The notes under the pieces were generated by a model. That model saw only the letters and a program-made list of their open reading frames with translations, was not told the origin of the DNA and made no database searches. Shown piece by piece: positions 45,525 to 56,156 of a DNA stretch of 64,000 bases (position 1 is the first letter of the stretch; each line of letters opens with the position of its first letter). Location: contig CAVSHB010000001.1 in the NCBI GenBank assembly GCA_963727775.1, positions 544,001-608,000 on the forward strand, written 5' to 3'. The stretch comes from an uncultured Nitrospiraceae bacterium. GTDB lineage: Bacteria > Nitrospirota > Thermodesulfovibrionia > Thermodesulfovibrionales > SM23-35. The position numbers and the translations under genes were made by a program.

Positions 45525-45593
45525 ATGAATAAGAAGATATTAGAAAAGGTTTTGTCCGGGATTGCAGACCATAAGGAGCAGAAAAATGTATAA
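45525..45593 (+). pseudogene. Probable truncated hicA toxin remnant (MNKKILEKVLSGIAD...)
   Basis: 22-codon ORF resembling HicA N-termini, overlapping the hicB start, downstream of TGnTATACT. Confidence 0.5.
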
Positions 45594-45795
45594 ATATGAG
45601 GTGATAGTTTACTGGAGTGATGAAGATGAAGCATTCATCGTAGAGGTTCCGGAACTTCCTGGTTGTATGGCTGACGGTGCTACATATGAAGAAGCAATTA
45701 AGAATGTACAAGTAATTATTGCTGAATGGATAGAAACAGCGAGGCAGTTGAATCGCGAAATACCTGAGCCCAAAGGTAAACTTGCATATGCATAG
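45586..45795 (+). CDS. hicB: HicB-family antitoxin (short, UPF0150 type)
   Basis: YEVIVYWSDEDEAFIVEVPELPGCMADGATYEEA..WIETA..IPEPKG; AAGGAG RBS. Confidence 0.92.
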   Translation: MYKYEVIVYWSDEDEAFIVEVPELPGCMADGATYEEAIKNVQVIIAEWIETARQLNREIPEPKGKLAYA

Positions 45796-46192
45796 CTGCA
45801 AGCCTTTTTATTTAGATGTAAAGATATTCTACGCGGGCTGCACTTTTTGAAATCTCAATCATAATTGGAATTCTGTTGGTCGCACTAAATCTTTTTCTCA
45901 CTTTTGTCCTGCAGTAAACAGCACCAAAATCCGTCGTTCATATAGAAAGTAACCTTATAAATAAATAAGAAATATTAATTGGACAAATAATCTTTCTTCG
46001 TGTGTAATTGTTAGGGCATAAAATTAGCATTTGTTAAATATACAAATAGTAATATCCGAATAACTTCGGGGCGTAATATTTATCAGCGCAATAAGCCTTT
46101 ATCTGTGCAACACTTCTTCCTCTAATAGAGACATCTGAGCATGATATAATCGTCTTATGGTATACCTGCAATGAACATATCAGGAGGAACTT

Positions 46193-46768
46193 ATGGATAA
46201 AATAACAATGGATAAAAGTTTGTTTTGCCTGCCTTGGACACAGACTATTCTCGGTACGCACTTGAACGGAAAAGTTAATTTTATGGCTCTTGATTGGCTA
46301 ACCCGTGTAAATTTCAATCCTCCAATGCTTGGAATCTGCGTAAATAAGCAGCATGCATCACACGAGGCTATCCTAACTACCAAGGAATACAGTGTGAATG
46401 TTCCGACTGTGGATATGGTGGAAATTACTGACTTTACGGGACTTGTTTCCGGAAAGCGCGTTGATAAGTCAAAACTATTTGAAGTATTTTACGGAGAACT
46501 AAAAGCAGCGCCTATGATTATGCAATGCCCTATTACTATCGAGTGCAGAGTGGTCGAGGTAGTATCACTACCAACTAACTCTTTTTTTATCGGCGACATC
46601 GTTGGTATTTTTTCTGAGGAGAGATTTATGACGGATGGGAAGCCGGATGTTAAAAAGGTAAATCCATTCCTTTTAACAATGCCTGATAACAGATTTTGGT
46701 CTGTTGGAGACTGTGTAGGCAAAGCATGGAATGCAGGAACTGTTTTACGGGATCAACAAAAAACATAA
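46193..46768 (+). CDS. Flavin reductase / flavoredoxin family protein
   Basis: GKVNFM, PPMLGI, SVNVP, GLVSGKRVDKS, APMIMQCPITIEC. Confidence 0.9.
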   Translation: MDKITMDKSLFCLPWTQTILGTHLNGKVNFMALDWLTRVNFNPPMLGICVNKQHASHEAILTTKEYSVNVPTVDMVEITDFTGLVSGKRVDKSKLFEVFYGELKAAPMIMQCPITIECRVVEVVSLPTNSFFIGDIVGIFSEERFMTDGKPDVKKVNPFLLTMPDNRFWSVGDCVGKAWNAGTVLRDQQKT

Positions 46769-46851
46769 TCAAGGGTAACTATAATCGGCTCTTCATTAAT
46801 TTATACCGCTTGGATTTAGCGGCAGGGATACTAAGACCTAAGTAATAAAGC

Positions 46852-46946
46852 CTGGATACCCGGATCAAGTCCGAGCATGACGGCAATTGGATCACGTGGC
46901 TTCATTAATCAAAAGAATTCCTCGATGCTCTGCATCAGGGTTGTTC
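46852..46946. repeat. Small palindromic repeat remnants (CGGATCAAGTCCG..ATGAC and CCTCGATGCTCTGCATCAGGG)
   Basis: Short hairpins resembling dispersed bacterial palindromic elements; single copy each in this window. Confidence 0.4.
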
Positions 46947-46984
46947 ATTGACATAAATTTACCGGGTTAGTGTATTCTCTAACT

Positions 46985-47623
46985 ATGGCTGAAATTACGA
47001 GAAACAATGCAAGAAAAACGGCAAGGATAGCGGTTGAAAGAAAGGGAGCGACTCAAAAAATATCTGAATTGTCCTCTCTGATCAGCCTTCTGAAAAGAAG
47101 AAAATTAAGATCCGTCGTCGAAATAGGGACCGCTCGGGGAGGAACTTTGTATGCCTGGTGTAAAATCGCTGAGCCCAATGCCTTAATAATAAGTATAGAT
47201 TTGCCCGGCGGCCCTTTTGGCGGAGGTTATACGCTGAATGACATTAAGAGGTTTAGAAAGTATAAAAAGAGAAATCAGGAGGTACATTTTTTCAGGAAAG
47301 ATTCACATATGCAAAAAACGAAAGATAAATTGATCAAAATATTGGATGGCCGCAAATTAGATTTCTTGTTTATTGACGGAGATCACGGGTACAGGGGTGT
47401 CAAGAAAGATTTTCAACTTTATTCTCCTCTCGTGAAACAAAATGGGCTTATTGTATTTCATGATGTTCTTTTCCACCCGAAAGTCCCGAAATGTAAGGTA
47501 GATAAATTCTGGAAAGAAATTAAACTCAAGTATAGAAATGTGGAGTTTATCGACAAAGGAGATGATTGCGGGTGGGGGCAATGGGGAGGAATCGGCGTTA
47601 TCTATTATGTGATGAACCGTTAA
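46985..47623 (+). CDS. Class I SAM-dependent methyltransferase (Methyltransf_24-like)
   Basis: VEIGTARGGT, ISIDLP, DFLFIDGDH.Y, IVFHD. Confidence 0.88.
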   Translation: MAEITRNNARKTARIAVERKGATQKISELSSLISLLKRRKLRSVVEIGTARGGTLYAWCKIAEPNALIISIDLPGGPFGGGYTLNDIKRFRKYKKRNQEVHFFRKDSHMQKTKDKLIKILDGRKLDFLFIDGDHGYRGVKKDFQLYSPLVKQNGLIVFHDVLFHPKVPKCKVDKFWKEIKLKYRNVEFIDKGDDCGWGQWGGIGVIYYVMNR

Positions 47624-47779
47624 GTTTACTCAATCAGGTTTTTCCGACAGCTTTGTTGATTCCCTGCCGAATAGGGCATCCCATTTGACAACTGCCCTTG
47701 CTTCACCTTCTTCAGATACCTGGGCCTTCCTGTCCTGTTTCACGATCGGTTCAATTGCATCCGCACTTTGAAACAATTA

Positions 47780-47886
47780 TGTATATAATGAAACAAAATT
47801 GTTTTATTTAAAACTCCTTTGCAGATGAATGTTTTCGTGCAATGTCTTGATAATCAACGGGTTGAAGCTTTGGCATGGTGATTGCT
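47780..47886 (+). promoter_or_regulatory. nifH promoter: NifA-type UAS, IHF site and sigma54 -24/-12 element
   Basis: TGT-N10-ACA at 47780-47795; AATCAACGGGTTG (WATCAANNNNTTR) at 47852-47864; TGGCATGGTGATTGCT at 47871-47886 with GG-N10-GC. Confidence 0.85.
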
Positions 47887-47907
47887 CTTATAATTTTTAA
47901 TTGATGA

Positions 47908-48762
<855 letters not shown>

Positions 48763-48834
48763 ATTAAGTGTGCGTGAACTGTTATTAGGGGTCTCCCCAT
48801 AGTATATATGTTGACGCCGTCGATTCAGGGATTC

Positions 48835-48910
48835 ATAACCCCTCCTAACCTCCCCTTATCTTAAAGGGAGGATTTCCCCCTCTTGGGTTAAGAGGGGAAG
48901 GGGGGAGTTA
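48835..48910. repeat. C-rich/G-rich palindromic repeat (two hairpins) between nifH and nifD
   Basis: ATAACCCCTCCT..CCTCCCCTTA..AAAGGGAGG..CCCCTCTT..AAGAGGGG..GTTA; shares its left arm with 50413-50465. Confidence 0.8.
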
Positions 48911-48991
48911 CTTCGGTCAATTAAATCCCTAACGGTTTACGCTTTACACATCATCAGCTTACGTTTTTAATTATTGAATACAGGAGGATCA

Positions 48992-50416
48992 ATGAGCACG
49001 ACCATAAAAGACACACAGAAGATGATAGAGGAAGTTCTGGAGGTCTATCCGGAAAAAACGAAGAAAGACAGGAGCAAGCATTTGGCTGCCAATGATCCCT
49101 CCGGTCAATGCAGCAGTTGCCAGGTCAAGTCCAATATAAAGTCCAGGCCGGGCGTTATGACCGTCAGGGGATGCGCTTATGCGGGCGCAAAGGGTGTTGT
49201 CTGGGGACCTGTAAAAGATCAGGTCACCATCAGTCATGGTCCTGTCGGATGCGGCCAGTACAGCTGGTGGTCCAGGAGGAATTACTACAACGGTCAGACA
49301 GGGATTGATACCTTCGGCACCATGCATATAACGACTGACTACCAAGAGAAGGACATTGTTTATGGAGGCGACAAGAGTCTCTATGCAGCATTGCAAGAGT
49401 TGAAAGAGCTCTTCCCGCTTATGAAAAGCATGGGCATACTTTCAGAGTGCCCTGTCGGTCTCATAGGTGATGATATCGAGGCGGTGTCAAAAAAGGTATC
49501 AGCGGAGATGGGCATTCCCATTGTCCCGGTCAGGTGTGAAGGGTTCAGAGGTGTGAGCCAGTCGCTGGGACACCACATCGCGAACGATACGATCAGGGAC
49601 CATATCCTCGGCAAGGGTAAACTCGATAAATCTACCCCCTATGACGTGGCATTGATCGGGGATTACAACATCGGCGGTGACGCATGGGCGTCAAGAAAGA
49701 TGCTTGAAGAGCTTGGGTTGAGGGTCATCGCCCAGTGGACCGGTGATGCATCGATAAATGAGATGGGTATCGCGCATAAGTCAAAACTGAACCTCATTCA
49801 CTGTTATCGTTCAATGAACTATATCTGCCGGCACATGGAAGAACAATACGGCACCCCATGGGTGGAGTTTAACTTCTTCGGCCCGACAAAGATATACCAG
49901 AGCCTGAGGAAGATCGCATCATACTTTGACGACAAAATCAAGGAGAATGCTGAAAAGATGATCGAGAAGTACAAGCCCGTGATGGATGAAGTAGTTGAAC
50001 AGTTCAGGCCGAGGCTTGAAGGCAAGCAGGTGATGCTCTACGTCGGAGGCTTAAGGCCGAGGCATACTATCGGCGCGTATGAAGACCTCGGCATGGAGGT
50101 GGTTGCGGCGGGGTATGAGTTCGGACACAGCGACGACTATAAGAGGACTTATCCCGAGATGAAGGAGGGCGCAGTAATCATGGATGATGCAACGCTATAC
50201 GAATTGGAAGAGTTTACCCGGAGGCTGAGGCCGGATATGGTCGGGGCCGGTATTAAGGAGAAATATTCCTATCATAAAATGGGGGTGCCGTTCAGGCAGA
50301 TGCACTCATGGGATTACTCAGGGCCATATCATGGGTTCGACGGTTTCCCTGTGTTTGCCAGGGACATGGACATGACGGTAAACAGCCCGACATGGGATTT
50401 GATACGGAGGAAATAA
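48992..50416 (+). CDS. nifD: Nitrogenase MoFe protein alpha chain
   Basis: RGCAYAG, HGPVGC, SECP, HCYRS (Cys275 equivalent), [25 protein letters not shown] (His442 equivalent); GGAGG RBS. Confidence 0.99.
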   Translation: MSTTIKDTQKMIEEVLEVYPEKTKKDRSKHLAANDPSGQCSSCQVKSNIKSRPGVMTVRGCAYAGAKGVVWGPVKDQVTISHGPVGCGQYSWWSRRNYYNGQTGIDTFGTMHITTDYQEKDIVYGGDKSLYAALQELKELFPLMKSMGILSECPVGLIGDDIEAVSKKVSAEMGIPIVPVRCEGFRGVSQSLGHHIANDTIRDHILGKGKLDKSTPYDVALIGDYNIGGDAWASRKMLEELGLRVIAQWTGDASINEMGIAHKSKLNLIHCYRSMNYICRHMEEQYGTPWVEFNFFGPTKIYQSLRKIASYFDDKIKENAEKMIEKYKPVMDEVVEQFRPRLEGKQVMLYVGGLRPRHTIGAYEDLGMEVVAAGYEFGHSDDYKRTYPEMKEGAVIMDDATLYELEEFTRRLRPDMVGAGIKEKYSYHKMGVPFRQMHSWDYSGPYHGFDGFPVFARDMDMTVNSPTWDLIRRK

Positions 50417-50465
50417 CCCCTCCTTGCTCCTCCCCTTAAGATAAGGGGAGGATAGGTGGGGTTAT
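50413..50465. repeat. C-rich/G-rich palindromic repeat between nifD and nifK
   Basis: ATAACCCC..TCCTCCCCTTA-AGA-TAAGGGGAGGA..GGGGTTAT hairpin. Confidence 0.85.
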
Positions 50466-50507
50466 GAGGCAGCTCAGGCCGATAATAACTTAGGTATGGA
50501 GGATAAA

Positions 50508-52022
50508 ATGTCAAAACTGAAAATAAAGGACCACAATGAACTTTTTCTGGAACAGGAGTATCTCGATCAGTTTGAGAGAAAAAGAGAATTTGAAGATTGT
50601 CCGTCTGCGGAAGAAGTACAGAGAATAGCGGAATGGACAAAGACCGAAGAATATAAAGAGAAGAACTTCGCCCGGCAGCATATAAAGATCAACCCGGCGA
50701 AGGCATGCCAACCTTTGGGCGCGATCTTCTGTTCTTCCGGTTTTGAGGGCACGATGCCGTTTGTCCAGGGAGCGCAGGGGTGTGTCGCATATTTTAGGAG
50801 CCATCTGAGCAGGCACTTTAAAGAGCCGATGTCGTCGATCTCCACATCAATGACGGAAGATGCCGCGGTTTTCGGGGGCTTGAATAACATGATCGAAGGA
50901 TTGGAAAACGCCTATACGCTTTATAAGCCGAAGATGCTCTCTGTATGTACGACCTGTATGGCTGAGGTCATCGGAGATGATTTGAACGCTTATATAAGGA
51001 CGGCACGTGAAAAGGATATTATCCCTAAAGATTTTCCCGTACCGTTTGCTCATACGCCGAGTTTTGTGGGCTCTCACATAACCGGGTACGACAACATGAT
51101 GAAAGGAATACTGAGCGCCGTTACCACAGGCAGGAAGGGTGAGCCGAGCGGGAAGCTGAATATCATTATGGGGTTTGATACTTACACCGGAAATTACCGC
51201 GAGATGAAAAGGCTTCTAAAAGCGATGGACGTCGATTACACTCTGCTTTCCGATGCAAGTGATGTTTATGATTCGCCGAATACCGGAGAATACAAACTCT
51301 ATCCGGGAGGCACACCGCTGGAGGATGCGACCGGTTCCATCAATGCTGTGGCCACTGTAGCGCTCCAGAAGTATTCGACAGTGAAAACTCTGGATTATAT
51401 ACGGAAAGAGTGGGACCAGAAGGCCATCGCGCTTCCTCTCATCGGGATAAAGAATAGCGATAAATTTTTTGAAGAGGTAAGCAAGATTACTGGAAAACCG
51501 GTCCCACAGGAGATCGAGGACGAGCGCGGTCGGGTGGTCGATGCGATGGTCGACTCGCACCCCTATGTCCATGGAAAGCGGGTTGCCCTGGTCGGAGATC
51601 CGGATCTCCTGCTCGGAATGATCAGCTTCCTTATGGAAATGGGAGCATATCCGGTCCACATCGTATGTACTAATGGGGACAAAAAATTCGAGGACGAGGC
51701 ATATAAACTCCTGAGCGAGAGTCCTTTCGGGCAGGAAGGAAAGGGTTACATTCACAAGGACATGTGGCATCTGAGATCATTGATGTTCACAGACCCTGTT
51801 GACCTGCTCATCGGGAATTCATATGCAAAGTTTCTCTGGAGAGATACCGGGACCCCGTTGATCAGGATCGGGTTCCCGATATTCGACAGGCACCATCTCC
51901 ACAGATACCCGATCATCGGGTATCAGGGCGCCTTGAACCTCGTGAACTGGATCGTGAATACGGTTCTCGATGAGATGGACAGAAAAACCATAAATACAAC
52001 GAGCTTTGATGTAATAAGGTAA
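50508..52022 (+). CDS. nifK: Nitrogenase MoFe protein beta chain
   Basis: NPAKACQPLG, QGCVAYF, TTCMAEVIGDD, HTPSFVGSH, GFPIFDRH, C-terminal FDVIR. Confidence 0.99.
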   Translation: MSKLKIKDHNELFLEQEYLDQFERKREFEDCPSAEEVQRIAEWTKTEEYKEKNFARQHIKINPAKACQPLGAIFCSSGFEGTMPFVQGAQGCVAYFRSHLSRHFKEPMSSISTSMTEDAAVFGGLNNMIEGLENAYTLYKPKMLSVCTTCMAEVIGDDLNAYIRTAREKDIIPKDFPVPFAHTPSFVGSHITGYDNMMKGILSAVTTGRKGEPSGKLNIIMGFDTYTGNYREMKRLLKAMDVDYTLLSDASDVYDSPNTGEYKLYPGGTPLEDATGSINAVATVALQKYSTVKTLDYIRKEWDQKAIALPLIGIKNSDKFFEEVSKITGKPVPQEIEDERGRVVDAMVDSHPYVHGKRVALVGDPDLLLGMISFLMEMGAYPVHIVCTNGDKKFEDEAYKLLSESPFGQEGKGYIHKDMWHLRSLMFTDPVDLLIGNSYAKFLWRDTGTPLIRIGFPIFDRHHLHRYPIIGYQGALNLVNWIVNTVLDEMDRKTINTTSFDVIR

Positions 52023-52043
52023 CGCGAAAAATGCGGTCGATAG

Positions 52044-52190
52044 CAGGCATATATGCAGAGAAATCTTTCCAAATCGCAAATTTGGATTCAGGGGAATCAA
52101 TTGGGTATGCTGGAAAACATGAAGGTATATCCGGCTTGCAGTTGTCTTACAAAGGAGGCGATGGTAAAGCTTCCCCTGCATATATGCCTG
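52044..52190. repeat. 147-bp segment bounded by 15-bp perfect inverted repeats (MITE-like or long stem)
   Basis: CAGGCATATATGCAG (52044-52058) and CTGCATATATGCCTG (52176-52190). Confidence 0.7.
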
Positions 52191-52231
52191 TTCATTACTG
52201 CTGAATAAACGACTTTAAATAAGGAATAACG

Positions 52232-54895
52232 ATGTTAACAAACGTGGACAAACTTATTTCAAAAGGGTGCGACGTTGACAAGAAGGACAAAGTCTGCAGG
52301 TCCAGAGGCGGGGAGTCTTGCGCCTTCGACGGCGCTATGATTGTGCTTCAGCCGATTGCGGACACTGCACACATTGTCCATGGTCCGATTACGTGCTGCG
52401 GTAACTCCTGGGAAGGGAGGGGCACACTTTCTTCAAAAGGCAGCCTCCACAGGATGGGCTTCACAACGGATATCAATGAGATGGGCATAGTGTACGGCTC
52501 CGAAAAGAAGCTGTACTCCGCAATCTTCAAGGTATATGAAGCTGTCAGACCGAAAGCGGTCTTTGTGTACGCAACGTGTGTCAGCGGGTTGATCGGAGAG
52601 GACATAGAGTCTGTCTGCAGAAGTGCGGAGAAGAAATTGGGAATACCCGTTATCCCGGTAAACGCACCCGGATTTGTCGGCCCCAAGAATCTCGGAAATA
52701 GAATTGCAGGAGAGGTCCTCCTCGATTATGTCATCGGCAGCGGCGAGGTCCCTTATACAACGGATTACGATATTAATCTTATCGGTGAATACAACATAGC
52801 AGGTGATTTGTGGCTCGTTGAGCCGGTCCTCAGGCAAGCGGGCTTCAGGGTATTATCGAGGATTTCAGGAGATGCGGCGTTTGAAGAGATCACATACGCC
52901 CATAGGGCGAAGTTGAATGTCGTTGTTTGCAGCCGTGCGTTGATAAACATCGCAAAGGAGATGGAACAAAAATACGGCATACCGTATGTCGAGGTATCTT
53001 TCTTCGGAAAAACGGAAATGTCGAAAGCCCTGAGACTAATAACTTCAAATCTCTGCGAGATAGTTGGGACTGGGGCAGCTTTGGGCTTAAGCCTGTGTGA
53101 AAAGGTCGCGGCGATTATCGACACACAAGAGTCAATAATCTCAGAAAAATTAAAATCTTATGCGCATTTAAAAGGCATGAGGGCCATTCTGTATACCGGT
53201 GGAGTTAAAAGCTGGTCATTTATATCTGCTCTCCTGGATTTAGGAATTGAGGTTACGGCAGTAGGGACAAAGAAGAGCACCTTTGAAGATGAAGAAAAAA
53301 TGAAAGAGATACTGGGAGAGAACGCGCCGTTGATAGAGGATGTAACGCCGAAAAATCTTGCGAGACTGATGCGGGGAAATAACGCCGACATTCTTGTCGC
53401 AGGGGGAAGGAACCAGTACCTTGGAATAAAAGAGGGGTTCCCATTTGTGGACGTAAACCAGGAAAGACATACTGCTTATGCGGGATATGATGGATTGGTC
53501 AACCTTGCGGAGCAGATAAGCAACAGCATCGAATTTTATCGGAAAAGCTCAAATCCGTATTTGCCCGCCTTTTCTCAAGTGGGGAGCCGTGGGATTACTC
53601 CGGAGAAACTTGCAGCTCGAAACCTGAAGTCAGAAGATGTACTTGTAAATCCGTTAAAACATTCCCAGACGATCGGGGCTGCTATTGCTTTTCAGGGGAT
53701 TCATAAAGCATTGCCCATCATCCATGGGGCGCAGGGCTGCAACTTTCTGGCAAAGGTTTTATTGACAAAACATTTCAGAGAGCCGATAGCCCTGGCCGGC
53801 ACAAAATTGTTTACGGAAGATGTCGTTATGGGCAGTGAGGAAAACATTATAGGAATTGTTGAAGGATTTATAGAAAAGAACCATCCCGATATCATTGGGG
53901 TCCTCACATCCGGGTTGGCGGAGGTAAAGGGAGATGACGTCCATTCAATGGTGAAGCAGCTGCGGGCAAATATCGCGGGAAAAGGGAAAGGCTGTGAAGT
54001 TATCTCTGTTTCCACACCCGACTATGAAGGAGGACTTGAGACGGGATATGCAAAAGCTGTTGAATCCGTCATTGCGTATGTTGCGGATAATAAAGGTAGG
54101 CATGTATCTCCCTGCCGGCGTATCAATGTTCTTGCGGGATCACACCTCACACCGGCGGACTTTTGGGAATTGAAGGAGGTTATCGGATTGTTCGGTCTGA
54201 GGCCGTTAATGCTCCCTGACCTTTCGGCGCTTGACGGAAGCAGGCAGGGGTTTTCGCCTCTGGCCATGGGAGGCGCAAGTATTGATGATATAGCCGGGAT
54301 GGGAACGGCTGAATTTACCATTGCGATAGGACCCAGCATGGAACCTCCGGCAAAGGCGCTTAAAAAAAGATACGGCATCGAATACAGGGTCTTCGATAGT
54401 GTCTCCGGGCTGAACGACACGGATATATTTATGGAGACTTTGTCGATGATGAGCAACATCCCTGTCCCTTCACAATTTGAGAGACAACGGCGCGTTTTGA
54501 TTGATGGTATGAGAGACGCCCATTTTTTTTACGGGAACAAAAAGGTCTGCCTTGCGCTGGAAGCCGACCTTTCCATACAGATATCAAGGTTGCTTGATGA
54601 GATGGGCGCAGACGTAAGACTGGCGATCATCCCCGTACAGTCCGCGCATGCGCACAAAATGCCGGCGAAGGAAATAGACGTTGCGGATCTTTTTTCGATT
54701 GAAGGAGATTTTGATATCATGATTTCAAATTCTCATGCCGTGGATACCGCCAAAAAGCTTAAGTCGCCTTTGTACCAGATGGGCTTCCCGGTTTATAAGG
54801 TCCTGGGTACGACTTCAAAAGTCACTGTTGGGTACAGGGGAACGCTAACGCTTGTTAATGAAATCGCAAATTTGCTGATTAAGGAGGCAGACTGA
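52232..54895 (+). CDS. nifEN: Fused FeMo-cofactor scaffold NifE-NifN
   Basis: CAFDGA, HGPITC, YATCV, YTGGVKSWS, DVNQER (NifE), then NPLKHSQTIGA, HGAQGC, DLSALDG, GFPVY..GYRG (NifN). Confidence 0.95.
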   Translation: MLTNVDKLISKGCDVDKKDKVCRSRGGESCAFDGAMIVLQPIADTAHIVHGPITCCGNSWEGRGTLSSKGSLHRMGFTTDINEMGIVYGSEKKLYSAIFKVYEAVRPKAVFVYATCVSGLIGEDIESVCRSAEKKLGIPVIPVNAPGFVGPKNLGNRIAGEVLLDYVIGSGEVPYTTDYDINLIGEYNIAGDLWLVEPVLRQAGFRVLSRISGDAAFEEITYAHRAKLNVVVCSRALINIAKEMEQKYGIPYVEVSFFGKTEMSKALRLITSNLCEIVGTGAALGLSLCEKVAAIIDTQESIISEKLKSYAHLKGMRAILYTGGVKSWSFISALLDLGIEVTAVGTKKSTFEDEEKMKEILGENAPLIEDVTPKNLARLMRGNNADILVAGGRNQYLGIKEGFPFVDVNQERHTAYAGYDGLVNLAEQISNSIEFYRKSSNPYLPAFSQVGSRGITPEKLAARNLKSEDVLVNPLKHSQTIGAAIAFQGIHKALPIIHGAQGCNFLAKVLLTKHFREPIALAGTKLFTEDVVMGSEENIIGIVEGFIEKNHPDIIGVLTSGLAEVKGDDVHSMVKQLRANIAGKGKGCEVISVSTPDYEGGLETGYAKAVESVIAYVADNKGRHVSPCRRINVLAGSHLTPADFWELKEVIGLFGLRPLMLPDLSALDGSRQGFSPLAMGGASIDDIAGMGTAEFTIAIGPSMEPPAKALKKRYGIEYRVFDSVSGLNDTDIFMETLSMMSNIPVPSQFERQRRVLIDGMRDAHFFYGNKKVCLALEADLSIQISRLLDEMGADVRLAIIPVQSAHAHKMPAKEIDVADLFSIEGDFDIMISNSHAVDTAKKLKSPLYQMGFPVYKVLGTTSKVTVGYRGTLTLVNEIANLLIKEAD

Positions 54896-55290
54896 TGAAG
54901 ATTGCTTTTGCAACAACCGATGGCGTCAATGTCGATGAACATTTTGGAAGGGCGGGCATGTTCGCCATATACGACATGACAAAAGAAGGTTACACATTCG
55001 TTGAATTAAGAAAATTTGCCGACGGCAGGGACAAAGAGATAGAGGACACAAAGGGATTAGGGCAGTTACATGATGACAAAGTCCGTAAAAAAGTCGATTA
55101 TCTCAGTGATTGCAGGATAATTTACATTACGGAAATAGGCGGCCCGTCAGCAGCGAGACTTGTTAAGAAAAGCATGATGCCCATAAAGGTTAGAGAGAAT
55201 ACCCCGATAGAAAAATCCCTGCAGAAGCTTTTGGACACAGTCCAGACTTCTCCGCCGCCGTGGATAAGAAAGGCGCTGCAGGATAGATAG
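54895..55290 (+). CDS. nifX: NifX-family FeMo-cofactor carrier
   Basis: MKIAFATTD..VDEHFGRA, IGGPSAARLV, PPPWIRKAL. Confidence 0.9.
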   Translation: MKIAFATTDGVNVDEHFGRAGMFAIYDMTKEGYTFVELRKFADGRDKEIEDTKGLGQLHDDKVRKKVDYLSDCRIIYITEIGGPSAARLVKKSMMPIKVRENTPIEKSLQKLLDTVQTSPPPWIRKALQDR

Positions 55291-55333
55291 GCATGAAGAC
55301 CATTTTAGCTCCGTTTGGCACTGAATAGTAAAT

Positions 55334-55363
55334 GGTAGCCGCAGGCTTCAGCCTGCGGTTACC
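55334..55363. repeat. GTAG-type REP-like hairpin
   Basis: GGTAGCCGCAGGCT-TC-AGCCTGCGGTTACC. Confidence 0.7.
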
Positions 55364-55393
55364 TAAAACATATAAACACAGGAGGATTGAAAT

Positions 55394-55711
55394 ATGAAAA
55401 TGATCAGGGCTTTTATAAGACCGGAAAAGGAACAGGAAGTAGTATTGGCTTTGGAAGGCGCGGGGTTGTCATCTCTAACAAAGATGCCGGTGTTCGGCAG
55501 GGGCAAACAGAAGGGACTGCAGGTAGGCCCGGTGCACTATGATGAACTTCCAAAGACGCTTATTATGATGGTTGTTAACGATGATGATGTGGCAAAGGCT
55601 TTGAAGATAATCCAGGACAAATCAAAGACAGGCTTTGTGGGTGACGGGAAGATATTCATCAGTCCTGTCGAGAATGCATATACCATAAGAACAGGAGAGG
55701 CGGGACTATGA
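55394..55711 (+). CDS. nifI1: PII-family nitrogenase regulator NifI1
   Basis: MKMIRAFIRPEK, VFGRGKQKG, YDELPK, GDGKIF, YTIRTG. Confidence 0.88.
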   Translation: MKMIRAFIRPEKEQEVVLALEGAGLSSLTKMPVFGRGKQKGLQVGPVHYDELPKTLIMMVVNDDDVAKALKIIQDKSKTGFVGDGKIFISPVENAYTIRTGEAGL

Positions 55712-56124
55712 AGGAGATGACTGTAATTATAAGAAGAGACAAACTCCCTGAGACCAAAAACGTGCTTGAGGAACTCGGGTATCCCTCTCTCACAATACAG
55801 AGCGTTGACGGAAGGGGGAAACAGAAAGGCAGTATGTGTGATTATGCGGATGAAGAAATGCCGGAAAGCTTCTGCCCGGCTGTTAAACTCAAAGCGACGC
55901 CTTCTACATATGCGATAGAGCACACATTGCCTAAGGTCGCACTTTACGTGCCGAAGAGAATGCTGACTATCGTAGTGCCTGACGATGTGGTGAGCAAGGT
56001 TATCAAATCCATAATCAAGGTGAATCAAACAGGAAAGCACGGCGACGGCAAGATATTTGTAACACCAATCGAGGGTGCTTTGAGGATCAGGACCGGTGAG
56101 ATGGACGGCGAGGCAATTGCCTAA
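55708..56124 (+). CDS. nifI2: PII-family nitrogenase regulator NifI2
   Basis: MKEMTVIIR, GRGKQKG with long T-loop, PKRML, VNQTG..GDGKIFV, IRTGE..EAI. Confidence 0.88.
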   Translation: MKEMTVIIRRDKLPETKNVLEELGYPSLTIQSVDGRGKQKGSMCDYADEEMPESFCPAVKLKATPSTYAIEHTLPKVALYVPKRMLTIVVPDDVVSKVIKSIIKVNQTGKHGDGKIFVTPIEGALRIRTGEMDGEAIA

Positions 56125-56156
56125 ATATATGACAATTAAATAAACGGGAGGACGAT

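Noticed and set aside
48992..52022. Alternative (V or Fe-only) nitrogenase
   Set aside because: No vnfG/anfG, and NifD has Mo-type HCYRS and MHSWDY motifs
53058..53100. REP-derived in-frame insertion in NifE (IVGTGAALGLSL)
   Set aside because: Palindrome too degenerate to support without an orthologue alignment
55316..55330. Internal sigma54 promoter (TGGCAC) before nifI1
   Set aside because: No GC at the -12 position
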